From assembly GCA_963662615.2 (NCBI GenBank), contig CAXXSR010000001.1, positions 1,568,001-1,632,000 on the forward strand: a stretch of 64,000 nt of DNA, in the 5' to 3' direction. The position numbers and the translations under genes were made by a program. The notes below the pieces were generated by a model, which worked only from the letters and a program-made list of their open reading frames with translations, ran no database searches and was not told the DNA's origin. Of this stretch, positions 30,074 to 39,421 are shown piece after piece (position 1 is the stretch's first letter; every line of letters begins with the position of its first letter). Source of the DNA: Dehalococcoidia bacterium (GTDB lineage Bacteria > Chloroflexota > Dehalococcoidia > Bin125).

Positions 30074-30400
30074 CCCGCCGCTGGGGCCCACGGGAGGCTT
30101 CGCCTGCCTCGCGGGCGATGCTCCGGAGCCGCGGCGCCGGGAGCGCGCGGTAGCGCGCTGCCGGCGCCGCGGCGGGCCACAGCGATGCGGTAGTGGGGCC
30201 CCGCGGCGGTCCAGACGGGCGGCGTCCTTCGCCCGGAGGGCCGAGGACGCTCCAGACCTTTGGCGGTGAAGAGACCGTCCGGTTGCCCCAGGGCAGGATG
30301 GGCGTCACGTCCGTTGTGACGGCTGGCCAGCTAAGCCGACAATAGCCCCGGCCGTCGGCAGGGCAGACGGTTGCGACCGGTTGAACGGAGACGCCAAGCA

Positions 30401-30748
30401 ATGCTTCGCTTCCGCGACCGCGACTGGTGGTGGACGAAGGAGCCGCTCGGCCTCGAGGATCCGGAGCCGGCGTTACTGGTGGCGATGCTCCGTCGACGCG
30501 GGGAGCGCGAGCGAGCGCACGTTTGGCTCGCCCGGCATCTGCACCGCCCCTACTCGCCGGCAACGGGACACGCATTCCTGTTCACCCTGCGCCAGAAGCT
30601 CGAAAGGGCCGGCGCTCCCCCGGACCTCGTCGCGGTGGACGCTGCTCAGAGGGCCATGGTGGCCGTTGACGCCGCCGCCGCGAATGACCCCGAGACGCGG
30701 GCCGAGATGGGGCTGGAGCCCGTCGATGCCCTCCCCGCGAGCGCCTGA
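30401..30748 (+). CDS. Hypothetical protein
   Basis: GGAG upstream of ATG at 30401; MLRFRDRDWWWTKEPLGLEDPEP...; no recognised motif. Confidence 0.55.
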   Translation: MLRFRDRDWWWTKEPLGLEDPEPALLVAMLRRRGERERAHVWLARHLHRPYSPATGHAFLFTLRQKLERAGAPPDLVAVDAAQRAMVAVDAAAANDPETRAEMGLEPVDALPASA

Positions 30749-30860
30749 GGCATCCGACAGCATCCCCGGGCGCATATTCAAATGCCGCGGCGGACCGATC
30801 CGGCGCGGGCCGCTACCATGGCGTTTCGCGAGAGGGTGGACAGTGACCGCAGGCCGGGCG

Positions 30861-31751
30861 ATGGTCAAATTCTGCCTGGGCGCGGGCTGCGCGGGCGCGG
30901 CCCTGGCGGCGTATGCCTGGCGCGAGTCGAAACGTGTGGAGCTCACCCACACGGTGATCCGCCTCCCTGAGCTCCCCGCCGGTCTGGAGGGGCTGCGCAT
31001 CCTCCATGTGGCGGATACGCATTTCCCCCGTAACCGCGAATCGCTGCCGCGCTTTCTGGACGCCGCCGCGAGTCTCGACTACGACATCGTTTTCGCCACG
31101 GGCGACTACGCGGACACGACGCGGGGCTGGCCGGTGGTCGCGGAGGCGTTCCGCCGGCTGGAGCCCAAGCTCGGCATCTACGCCGTGATCGGTGGCCACG
31201 AGAGGTACGCGCCGGCGCCACCGATCACGGAGGCGCTGCGGCTGCTCCGGCTCTTCCGCCGGGGCCGCAAACGGCGGCTTGTGGACCCAACGCCGCTCGT
31301 GCAGCAGCTGGAAGCCGCGGGCGTGCGGGTCCTCATCAATGCCAGCACGACGCTGGAGATCGGTGGCGAGGCGGTCCGGCTGATCGGGATCGATGACGCC
31401 TACCTCGGCCTCGACGACTTGGAGGCCGCAACAAAACCACGCGGCACGCCGGAGCCTGCGGCCTTCACGATCCTCCTGAGCCACTCACCGGATGGGGTCC
31501 CGCTCGCCACGACGGCAGCGATCCCTCTGGCGCTGAGCGGCCACACGCACGGGGGGCAGATTCGCGTGCCGTTCTACGGGGCGCCCGTTCGGCACGCCCG
31601 GGCCGTGGATCGGCGGCAGGCGGCCGGGCTGATGCGAATCGGCGGGACGCAGGTCTACGTGAGCCGCGGCTTCGGCACGACGGGTCTCCCGTTGCGCTTT
31701 GCCTGCAGACCCGAGCTGGGAGTGGTGGAGCTACGGCGGGAGACTGAATAA
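30861..31751 (+). CDS. Metallophosphoesterase (YkuE/MPP superfamily)
   Basis: HVADTH, TGDY, GGHE (usually GNH), LLSHSPD, LSGHTHGGQ, VSRGFG. Confidence 0.88.
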   Translation: MVKFCLGAGCAGAALAAYAWRESKRVELTHTVIRLPELPAGLEGLRILHVADTHFPRNRESLPRFLDAAASLDYDIVFATGDYADTTRGWPVVAEAFRRLEPKLGIYAVIGGHERYAPAPPITEALRLLRLFRRGRKRRLVDPTPLVQQLEAAGVRVLINASTTLEIGGEAVRLIGIDDAYLGLDDLEAATKPRGTPEPAAFTILLSHSPDGVPLATTAAIPLALSGHTHGGQIRVPFYGAPVRHARAVDRRQAAGLMRIGGTQVYVSRGFGTTGLPLRFACRPELGVVELRRETE

Positions 31752-31932
31752 CTTGCGGACCGGCCGGCATCATTGAAAGTTCGAATACAAGAGATTCACA
31801 TCGATTACGGCCGAGTGTGTGCAATCCAGAGAGGTAATGAGGGAGATTGGTCTCTGTGCGGCCGTCTAGCCTCATGCTTACGCTTGGGCGACGATCCGTT
31901 GCCGGATTTACTGTGGAATTCATTCCGCGCCT

Positions 31933-31941
31933 GATACGATC
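31933..31941 (+). promoter_or_regulatory. Extended -10 promoter element upstream of the riboswitch
   Basis: TG-A-TACGAT a few nt before the aptamer 5' end, within an AT-richer intergenic stretch. Confidence 0.45.
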
Positions 31942-31948
31942 GTGGCAC

Positions 31949-32072
31949 GCAGCCGAGCCTCGTCCCAATGGATGAGGGCGGGGGACCCAATCCTCTGGGG
32001 TGAATCCGGGGAGGCAGCAGCCACCCGGTAGGCGACCCGAGCGCCGAACCCGTCAGCTAACCCCGTAGGCGC
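31949..32072 (+). ncRNA. c-di-AMP riboswitch (ydaO/yuaA class)
   Basis: Ordered consensus blocks GCCGAGCC...GGGGGACCCA...TGGGGTGAATCC...GGTAGG...CCGAACCCGTCAGCTAACCCCGTAGGCG. Confidence 0.92.
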
Positions 32073-32191
32073 ACTCTGGGGCGGCCCATCCTGGCCGGAC
32101 ACAGTTCCCCCTGATGGTCTGTACCCATCTTGTTCTCTGGACCGCGGCGGCGCGTCTCGTCGTCTCGCGCGTCCGGAGGGAGGAGGAAGAC

Positions 32192-33784
32192 GTGCTGAGA
32201 ATCGAACCACGGGCAGCAGAACCTAGGACCAACGTGCCGTCATTCCCCTTGCGACGGGGTACTCCGGCCGGTGCAGAGCCTGCCCCGGACCAGTATTTCG
32301 CGATCACACTGCACAACTTTGAGTCCGTACCGCAGGTGCAGGCGTTGCCGCCAGCGCTGCGCCGGGACATCCGCGTCGTGGGGCAGGTGCTGCCATTCAA
32401 ATCCAACCGCTATGTGGTGGACCAGCTGATCGACTGGCGCCGGGTGCCGGATGACCCGATCTTCCGCCTCACGTTCCCGCATCGGGAGATGCTGGAGCCA
32501 TCGGCGTATGACCGCATGGACGCGCTGCTGCGATCGGGGGCTCCCACGGCGGAGCGCAAGCAAGCCGCGGACGAGATCCGTCGCTCGCTCAACCCCCATC
32601 CCGCCGGGCAGATGGACCACAACGTGCCGAGCTTGCACGGACGTCCCCTCCCGGGCATGCAGCACAAGTACCGAGAGACGGTGCTGTTCTTTCCCAGTCA
32701 GGGGCAGACCTGTCATGCCTACTGCACGTTCTGCTTTCGCTGGCCCCAATTCGTGGGGCTGGCGGGCCAGAAATTTTCAATGAGCGAAGCGGAGCTTCTG
32801 CGCGACTACGTGGAAGCGCATCCGGAGGTCAGCGACGTCATTTTTACCGGCGGGGACCCCCTGGTGATGAAGACGAGGATCCTGCAAGAGTATCTGGAGC
32901 CCCTCTTAGAGCCGGGCGCGGCGCCGAACCTCCGCACGATCCGAATTGGTTCCAAAGCACCGGCCTACTGGCCCCAACGCTTCATTGCGGACGATGACGC
33001 CAGCCAACTGCTGCAGCTCTTCCAACGCGTCACGGCATCGGGCCGACAGCTCGCCCTGATGGTGCATTACAACCATCCGGTGGAGCTGGAGACGGCGATG
33101 GCGAGGGAGGCGATTGCGCGGTTGCGCCGTGCGGGCGTGCAGATCCGGACGCAAACACCGCTGTTGCGCCACATCAACGACGACCCCGACACCCTGGCCC
33201 AGATGTGGCGCGCGCAGGCGCAATTGGGCTGCATCCCGTACTACCTCTTCGTGGAACGTGACACCGGCGCCCGCCGCTACTTCGAGCTGCCTCTGGCGGA
33301 GTGCTGGCGGATCTTCCGGGAGGCGTACAGCCGGGTGAGCGGCGTCGCCCGGACGGTCCATGGCCCCAGCATGTCGGCGACTCCCGGCAAGGTTCAGGTG
33401 ATGGGCGTGGCTCGCGTCCACGGCCAGAAGGTGTTCGTCCTGCGCTTCTTGCAGGCGCGGAACCCGGACTGGGTGGCGCGACCGTTCTTCGCCAAGTACA
33501 ACGCTACCGCCTGCTGGCTGGACGAGCTGGAGCCCGCCTTCGGGGAGCCGGAGTTCTTCTACGAGGCAGAGCTGAAGAGGCTGCTGGCGAAGCCCGGAAG
33601 CTCCTGGGCCCGCGCGGGCGACGAGGTGTCCGGCGCTGGCGACTCCGGCGCTGGCAGACTCCGGCACTACAGACTCCGGCACTACAGACTCCGGCGCTAT
33701 AGACTCCGGCGCGATCCCCGTCCTAGGCGAGCCGGGAGCATCTCGGAAAGTAAGGGGCGTTTCGAGCCTTCGACTCGCGGCTGA
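32192..33784 (+). CDS. KamA-family radical SAM/PLP 2,3-aminomutase (lysine or glutamate)
   Basis: GGAGGAGG RBS and GTG at 32192; GMQHKYRETVL, CHAYCTFC (CxxxCxxC), FTGGDPL, HYNHPVE, QTPLLRHINDD, PYYLF, TPGK. Confidence 0.88.
   Translation: MLRIEPRAAEPRTNVPSFPLRRGTPAGAEPAPDQYFAITLHNFESVPQVQALPPALRRDIRVVGQVLPFKSNRYVVDQLIDWRRVPDDPIFRLTFPHREMLEPSAYDRMDALLRSGAPTAERKQAADEIRRSLNPHPAGQMDHNVPSLHGRPLPGMQHKYRETVLFFPSQGQTCHAYCTFCFRWPQFVGLAGQKFSMSEAELLRDYVEAHPEVSDVIFTGGDPLVMKTRILQEYLEPLLEPGAAPNLRTIRIGSKAPAYWPQRFIADDDASQLLQLFQRVTASGRQLALMVHYNHPVELETAMAREAIARLRRAGVQIRTQTPLLRHINDDPDTLAQMWRAQAQLGCIPYYLFVERDTGARRYFELPLAECWRIFREAYSRVSGVARTVHGPSMSATPGKVQVMGVARVHGQKVFVLRFLQARNPDWVARPFFAKYNATACWLDELEPAFGEPEFFYEAELKRLLAKPGSSWARAGDEVSGAGDSGAGRLRHYRLRHYRLRRYRLRRDPRPRRAGSISESKGRFEPSTRG
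33626..33716 (+). repeat. 15-bp tandem repeat (GACTCCGGC[A/G]CT...), ~6 copies, at the 3' end of the aminomutase gene
   Basis: Units at 33626, 33641 (16 nt), 33657, 33672, 33687, 33702. Confidence 0.85.
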
Positions 33785-33960
33785 GCCCTCTCCCCGCAGA
33801 ACCTGGGATGATCGGGCCAGGCGGAGAGCATAGGGAACCCGCTCCTGGCGCACTCGGCCGAATTGGTCGAGGACGCCGCACCGTGCCGACCCAGAGCGGT
33901 CGCGGCGGCGGCCGCTCCTGTGAGCAGCGGCCCGGTCTCGCCGGTTCGAGGAGGGCTAGG

Positions 33961-34734
33961 GTGGGCGAGCGCTGGTTCATAGGCCTGGACTTGGCCTGGA
34001 GTGACCGGCATGAGAGCGGGCTGGCCCTGCTGCGATGCCGACACGGCGCACTGGAGTTCGTCGACACGGATGTGGCGCGCGACCTGGAGGAGATCGCGGC
34101 GCGCATCCGGGCGCTGAGCGGCGCCTGGTGGATCGGCATCGACGCGCCCTTGGTGGTGGCGAACAGGACGGGACGGCGCCCCGTCGACGGGCTGCTCTCG
34201 GCCATCTACGGCCGTTTCCATGCGGGCGCCCATCCAGCCAACCAGCGGCTGCTGCAGGGGAAGGTGCGAGGTGGCGACCTCGTGCGGCTGCTGGCGGACG
34301 ATGGCGTTGAGATGGCCAGCGGCGCGGATGGTGCCGGACCAGGTGCAGGTCGGTGGGCGTTCGAGACGTATCCGCACGCGGCCATGGTGGAACTCTTCTC
34401 GCTGTGGCGGATTTTCAAATACAAGCGCGGGCGCGTGGCGGCGCGGCGCCTGCAGATGCAGGAGTTGGCGGCCTGCTTGCACCGACGTCTGCCGACGCTC
34501 GATCCGCCATTGCTCATCTCCTCCGGTCTGGCGACGCTGCTGGGAGTGAGCACGCAGAGCCTGCGCGGCCGCTCGCTCAAGCGGCACGAGGACATGCTGG
34601 ACGCGCTGGTGTGCGCGTACGTCGCGGCTCATCTGTCGTGGTGGGGCGAGCGCCGGAACTGGTCGTTGGGCGACGACGCTTCCGGCGCCGTGATCCTGCC
34701 CGCGCTGCGGGCCGACCTGATCCTGGGCCGATGA
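33961..34734 (+). CDS. DUF429 family (RNase H-like fold) protein
   Basis: FIGLDLAW, IGIDAPLVV.N.TGRR, FETYPHAA, FKYK, EDMLDALVCAY. Confidence 0.85.
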   Translation: MGERWFIGLDLAWSDRHESGLALLRCRHGALEFVDTDVARDLEEIAARIRALSGAWWIGIDAPLVVANRTGRRPVDGLLSAIYGRFHAGAHPANQRLLQGKVRGGDLVRLLADDGVEMASGADGAGPGAGRWAFETYPHAAMVELFSLWRIFKYKRGRVAARRLQMQELAACLHRRLPTLDPPLLISSGLATLLGVSTQSLRGRSLKRHEDMLDALVCAYVAAHLSWWGERRNWSLGDDASGAVILPALRADLILGR

Positions 34735-35146
34735 TCTGTGATTGTGAGCACAATCGCATGGGCGAGCGAATGGCACCGCTGGGGAAGTTTCGCCGAGCAC
34801 TTTGCAGGGCTGGCCCGTGGGCCCGGCAGCGACTTTCGCTTGGGACTCTCCATGGCCGGGAACGCGCCACGGTGAGATCGCCAAGCTGGCCCGAAAGCGG
34901 CATGATCGATCGAGAGCGTGGTGAATAGGACACCGGGCGCTCGAGCAAGCGAGGTGCGTATGCGATCCAAGCTCCACGCGCTGTACGGAGTATTCATCGT
35001 GCAGGACCTAGCGTTGCCCAACGCGTCCTCCGTGAGCCACGGATCGTGAGCTAGACGACCTAAAAACAGGTAGCGTGGCTCGTTGCGGATACCCGCAGAG
35101 ACCGTGAGGCGGAGGGACGCGGTAGTCCCAACAGTGTGCTGGAATT

Positions 35147-35174
35147 CGAGAGGCCGACGTGGGTCGGCCTCTCG
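35147..35174. terminator. Perfect 12-bp GC hairpin, terminator-like but without a U-tract
   Basis: CGAGAGGCCGAC-GTGG-GTCGGCCTCTCG. Confidence 0.55.
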
Positions 35175-35309
35175 TGCTGTCCGGCGCCTGCGCTGATCGT
35201 CGCCGCACGCTGACGGGAGCGGCGCCGGGAGAGCAAAGCCGTCGAGCGGCCGCGTCCACGAGCAGCCCTATACTGGAATTAAATTCCCCTGCTGCCCAGG
35301 AGACCGGCC

Positions 35310-36986
35310 ATGTTCGACGCGGAAAAGATCGCGGCCTTGAAGGCACGACGCTCCGCCTGGGAGGCCGCTGCGGAGGCGGCCGGGCAGGAGCGCGCGGGCC
35401 CGTTCATGACCGTGTCGTCGCGGCCCATCCGGCGGCTGTACGACCCGACCGATCTGGCCGCGGACGGCTTCGACTACGAGGGCGATCTCGGCAACCCCGG
35501 CGAATATCCCTACACGAGGGGCATCCACGCGACCGGCTATCGGGGGAGGCCCTGGACCATTCGCATGTTCGCCGGTTTCGGCAGCGTGGAGGAGAGCAAC
35601 GCGCGCTACAAAGAGCTGCTGCGCCAGGGGCAAACGGGGCTCAGCATCGCCTTCGACATGCCGACGCTGATGGGCTACGACCACGACGACTCGTGGAGCG
35701 AGGGGGAATTCGGGAAATGTGGGGTGGCCGTCTCCTCACTGGCCGATATGGAGATCCTGCTGGCGGGCCTGCCCCTGGACCAGATCACGACGTCCATGAC
35801 GATCAACTCGCCCGCCGCGGTGATCTGGGCCATGTACATCGCCGCGGCCGAGAAGCGCGGGATCGATCGGGCAGCGCTGGGGGGGACGCTCCAGAACGAC
35901 ATCCTGAAGGAGTTCATTGCCCAGAACGAGTTCGTGTTTCCACCGCGTCCTTCAATGCGGCTGGTGACGGACACGATTGAGTTCGCAACGCAGGAATTGC
36001 CCAAGTGGAACAGTGTCAGTGTCAGCGGGTACCACATCCGCGAGGCCGGAGCCACGGCGGCGCAGGAGCTGGCCTTCACCCTGGCTGACGGATTCGAGTA
36101 CGTGCGCTGGGGGCGTGATCGCGGACTCGACGTGGACGCCTTCGCGCCGCGCTTGTCTTTCTTCTTCAACAGTCACAATGACTTTTTTGAGGAGATCGCG
36201 AAGTTCCGGGCGGCGCGTCGAATCTGGGCGCGCGAGATGCGGGAGACGTTCGGGGCCAAGGAGCCAGGCTCATGGCGGCTGCGCTTCCACACGCAGACGG
36301 CAGGAGTTGCCCTCACGGACGTGCAACCGGAGGTCAACATGATCCGGGTGACGATTCAAGCGCTGGCGGGTGCGCTGGGCGGAACCCAGTCGATGCACAC
36401 CGACGCAATGGACGAGGCGCTGGCGCTGCCGAGCGAGAAGGCGGCCCGCCTGGCCGTGCGAACGCAGCAGGTGATCATGCACGAGTCCGGCGTGATCAAC
36501 ACGGCCGACCCTCTGGCCGGCTCCTACTTCATGGAGGCCCTCACCAATGAGCTGGAACGGGACGCCCGCGTCTACTTCGCCAAGATCGACGCGCTGGGTG
36601 GCGTCATCCCGGCCCTGGAGGCGGGCTTCTTTCAGCGCGAGATCGCCGACGCGTCCTACCGCTTTCAGCGGGAAGTGACGGAGGGGCAGCGAACGATCGT
36701 CGGCGTGAACGCCTTCCAGCACGACGAGCCGCTCGTGATTCCCATCCTGGCTATGGACGCTGAGGGCGAAGGGCGGCATCTGCAACGCCTGCGGCACACC
36801 CGGGCAGAGCGCGACGCTGACGGGGCCCAAGCGGCGCTGCAGCGGCTGGAGAACGTCTGCCGCGACCCCAAGGCGAACACCATGCCCTTCATCCTGGATG
36901 CCGTGAACGCCTACTGCACCTTGGGCGAAACGATGGGGGCCATGCGGCGCGCATTTGGCGAACACAAGGAGAACGTGATCATCTAG
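35310..36986 (+). CDS. B12-dependent acyl-CoA mutase large (substrate-binding) subunit, isobutyryl-CoA mutase-like
   Basis: [49 protein letters not shown]; no DxHxxG cobalamin domain. Confidence 0.9.
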   Translation: MFDAEKIAALKARRSAWEAAAEAAGQERAGPFMTVSSRPIRRLYDPTDLAADGFDYEGDLGNPGEYPYTRGIHATGYRGRPWTIRMFAGFGSVEESNARYKELLRQGQTGLSIAFDMPTLMGYDHDDSWSEGEFGKCGVAVSSLADMEILLAGLPLDQITTSMTINSPAAVIWAMYIAAAEKRGIDRAALGGTLQNDILKEFIAQNEFVFPPRPSMRLVTDTIEFATQELPKWNSVSVSGYHIREAGATAAQELAFTLADGFEYVRWGRDRGLDVDAFAPRLSFFFNSHNDFFEEIAKFRAARRIWAREMRETFGAKEPGSWRLRFHTQTAGVALTDVQPEVNMIRVTIQALAGALGGTQSMHTDAMDEALALPSEKAARLAVRTQQVIMHESGVINTADPLAGSYFMEALTNELERDARVYFAKIDALGGVIPALEAGFFQREIADASYRFQREVTEGQRTIVGVNAFQHDEPLVIPILAMDAEGEGRHLQRLRHTRAERDADGAQAALQRLENVCRDPKANTMPFILDAVNAYCTLGETMGAMRRAFGEHKENVII

Positions 36987-37022
36987 GGGAGCGCGGCACG
37001 ATTCGGGTGAGCGGGGGGCCGC

Positions 37023-37325
37023 TCAGGCGGGGTCGTCCGATCGCGGGTGGAGCTTCTCAATGATCCGGGTCGCTTGCAGGACTTGCTCGCGAATCGTTGC
37101 GGCCGCGTCGGCTGGTTCCACGGCCTGGCGTTCCAAGAGGTCGGCGCAGAGCTGCACCACGCTGATCACGTTATTGAGGTCGTGCAGGGCGCGAGCAACG
37201 CTCTCGCGGAACGCGGAGTCAAGCGGGGACTGCGCCCCGGGGGGGCCGTCGGGTTGCCCGGGCGGGCCTTCGTCTGGGTGCACCCCGGTGGCCTTCCATG
37301 TGGCCGGTTCGGCGTCTGCCCGCAT
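37023..37325 (-). CDS. Small protein resembling an isolated histidine-kinase dimerization/phosphoacceptor (H-box) domain
   Basis: VARALHDLNNVISVVQLCADLL...IREQVLQATRIIEKL; no HATPase domain. Confidence 0.55.
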   Translation of the reverse strand: MRADAEPATWKATGVHPDEGPPGQPDGPPGAQSPLDSAFRESVARALHDLNNVISVVQLCADLLERQAVEPADAAATIREQVLQATRIIEKLHPRSDDPA

Positions 37326-37375
37326 CGTAGCGTCGGCGGCGGTCCCGGCCCAGCCGGAGCAGCGCAGGCGCGCGC

Positions 37376-38284
37376 CTACAAGATGCGACGCCCCAAGGCG
37401 GAGAGCGCCAGCTGCGTGCCCAACTCCGCCGTCGCGTTGAGTCGGTCCAGGCTCGGATTGATCTCCACCACGTCCATGCCAATGAGGCGGCCGGCTTCCG
37501 CGACCAGTTCCATGAGCAGGTGCGATTCGCGATAGCTGAGGCCGCCGCGAACCGGGGTCCCAACCCCGGGGGCTGCCTCCGGGTCCACCGCGTCCATGTC
37601 GAAGCTGACATAGATGCCGGCGCCGCCGGCGCCCGCCACGGCGACGGCCTGCTCAGCCATGGGCCCGATGCCGGCGCGATCGACGTCGGTCATGGTGATG
37701 GCCGTGACGCCGGACTCTCGAACGATTGCCTTCTCGCGCTCGTCGAGGTCGCGAATGCCGATGAGCACGGTCTGCTCTGGGCGTACGGCGGGGTTGATCC
37801 CGCCGATGCCGCTGAGCAGATCCGGGCCTTTCCCGAGCAGCGAGGCCAAGGGCATACCGTGGACGTTGCCCGATGGCGAGCTTTGCGGGGTGTTCATATC
37901 GGCGTGCGCATCCACCCAGATGACGCCCGCTGCCTGGCCTTCGCGCCGGCGCGCCTGGGCGACGCCGCTGATCGACCCCATGGCGAGGCTGTGGTCACCA
38001 CCCAGCACCAGCGGGATCGCCCCCGCCGCCGCGCTCCGCTGCGTCCGCTCGGCCAGCCGTTCGCAGACATCCGCGATGGGGCCGGCGAAGCGCTGGCTGG
38101 GATCCCCCTCGTCGCTCATTTCGGGAATGGCGGCGTCAACGTTGCCCAAGTCCGAGACGGCGTGGCCCAGCGCCTCGACGCGCTTACGGAGGCCGGTCAA
38201 GCGCATTGCGCTGGGCCCCATGTCCGTGCCACGGCGTCCTGCGCCAAGGTCGATGGGGACGCCAATGATGTGGACGGTGGCCAT
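37376..38284 (-). CDS. rocF: Arginase
   Basis: GAGRRGTDMGPSAMR, LGGDHS, DAHAD.N, SPSGNVHGMP, SFDMDAVDP, VVEINP. Confidence 0.93.
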   Translation of the reverse strand: MATVHIIGVPIDLGAGRRGTDMGPSAMRLTGLRKRVEALGHAVSDLGNVDAAIPEMSDEGDPSQRFAGPIADVCERLAERTQRSAAAGAIPLVLGGDHSLAMGSISGVAQARRREGQAAGVIWVDAHADMNTPQSSPSGNVHGMPLASLLGKGPDLLSGIGGINPAVRPEQTVLIGIRDLDEREKAIVRESGVTAITMTDVDRAGIGPMAEQAVAVAGAGGAGIYVSFDMDAVDPEAAPGVGTPVRGGLSYRESHLLMELVAEAGRLIGMDVVEINPSLDRLNATAELGTQLALSALGRRIL

Positions 38285-38354
38285 GGCGTCAGGCTATCGC
38301 ATTACGGGCGCATCGCTGGCGCATCACCGGCGGGGGGCGGCCGACAAGATCGCG

Positions 38355-38771
38355 TCAGGCGAGCCCCCAGCTCGCGACATGTTGGGCCGCTAGGCGGATC
38401 ACGGGACGGCCGTCCAAGTGCATCTCGCGATACTGCGGGTACTTCTCGCGCAACGCGGCGATCGCGCGCCCTGCTTCCTCGTCGCCGGCCAGGACCGTGG
38501 CGCTGCCACGCAGCATCACCCAGGCCAAGCGCGACCAGTCCCGGTCATACGAATCCACCACCAGCGCCGCCCGCGGATTCTCCTGGATGTTGCGGATCCG
38601 CTTGAGGCGAGTGGTGCTCTTGGGCTTGCGGTCAATGACGATGTAGACGGCGTCATCCACGAGGGCGAAGCAGACCGGCACGACATGCGGCGCACCGTCG
38701 GCGTCAGCGGTGGCCAGCCGGCCAACTTGCTGCTGCTCCAAGAAGGCGCGGGCGTTGTGTGGCAACGGCAT
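38355..38771 (-). CDS. PPOX-class F420-dependent oxidoreductase (Rv0121-like)
   Basis: GRLATAD..G.PHVVPVCF, IDRKPK, RIRNIQENPR, YDRDWSRLAWV, LREKYPQY. Confidence 0.88.
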   Translation of the reverse strand: MPLPHNARAFLEQQQVGRLATADADGAPHVVPVCFALVDDAVYIVIDRKPKSTTRLKRIRNIQENPRAALVVDSYDRDWSRLAWVMLRGSATVLAGDEEAGRAIAALREKYPQYREMHLDGRPVIRLAAQHVASWGLA

Positions 38772-38988
38772 ACGGCGCGGTCCCGGGTGTCTCATGCGCG
38801 GGCGCAGGCGGGCGCCGACGTATGATACCGCCGGCGCGGGACGGGGCGCGCAACCCTGCGCCTGATGCGCCGCCACTGCGCCGCCACAGCGCCGAGAGCA
38901 CCAGGTGGGGCGGAAAGCGGGGGGACGCTCCGCCTCGCTATACTGCGCTCGCTGGGAGCGGAGAGATGTTCCCATAGTGGAGGTCAGC

Positions 38989-39279
38989 ATGGCGGAACGC
39001 CGTCGCCTGAACGATGCCGAGATTACGGACCGGCTTGCCGGGCTCAGCGGCTGGGAGCTGCGGGACGGCAAGCTGCACAAAGAGGTGAAATTCAACGACT
39101 TCACGGAGGCGTTCAGCTTCATGACCGCGGTGGCGCTGGTCGCCGAGAAGATGGATCACCATCCGAACTGGTCCAACGTCTACAACCGCGTCGTGGTGGA
39201 TCTCAGTACGCACGACCTGGGCGGGATCAGCACGTACGACTTCGAACTGGCGACGGCGATCGACCGGTTCACGGTCTAA
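38989..39279 (+). CDS. phhB: 4a-hydroxytetrahydrobiopterin (pterin-4a-carbinolamine) dehydratase
   Basis: [26 protein letters not shown]...LSTHD.GG. Confidence 0.92.
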   Translation: MAERRRLNDAEITDRLAGLSGWELRDGKLHKEVKFNDFTEAFSFMTAVALVAEKMDHHPNWSNVYNRVVVDLSTHDLGGISTYDFELATAIDRFTV

Positions 39280-39421
39280 GCGTCCAACAGCGGCGACCTA
39301 TCAATACAGCGGTCCGGGCGTCCGCGGGAGATCGGACGTTTCCGGTCGCGGGCGGCGCATCCCGCATTGCCTGTGCAGACGTGCGAAATCGCGCGATAGC
39401 GGGACCGTGGGCGGAGCCGGG

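Noticed and set aside
16091-30091. Long antisense ORFs (e.g. 16091-17716, 18862-20901, 20920-22734, 28457-30091)
   Set aside because: Shadow ORFs expected from high-GC codon bias opposite real genes; no motifs
33626-33716. CRISPR array
   Set aside because: Short coding tandem repeat without spacers
34990-35300. Cobalamin riboswitch upstream of the mutase
   Set aside because: No GGGAA / GCCACTG / AGnCAGnAnACC B12-box motifs
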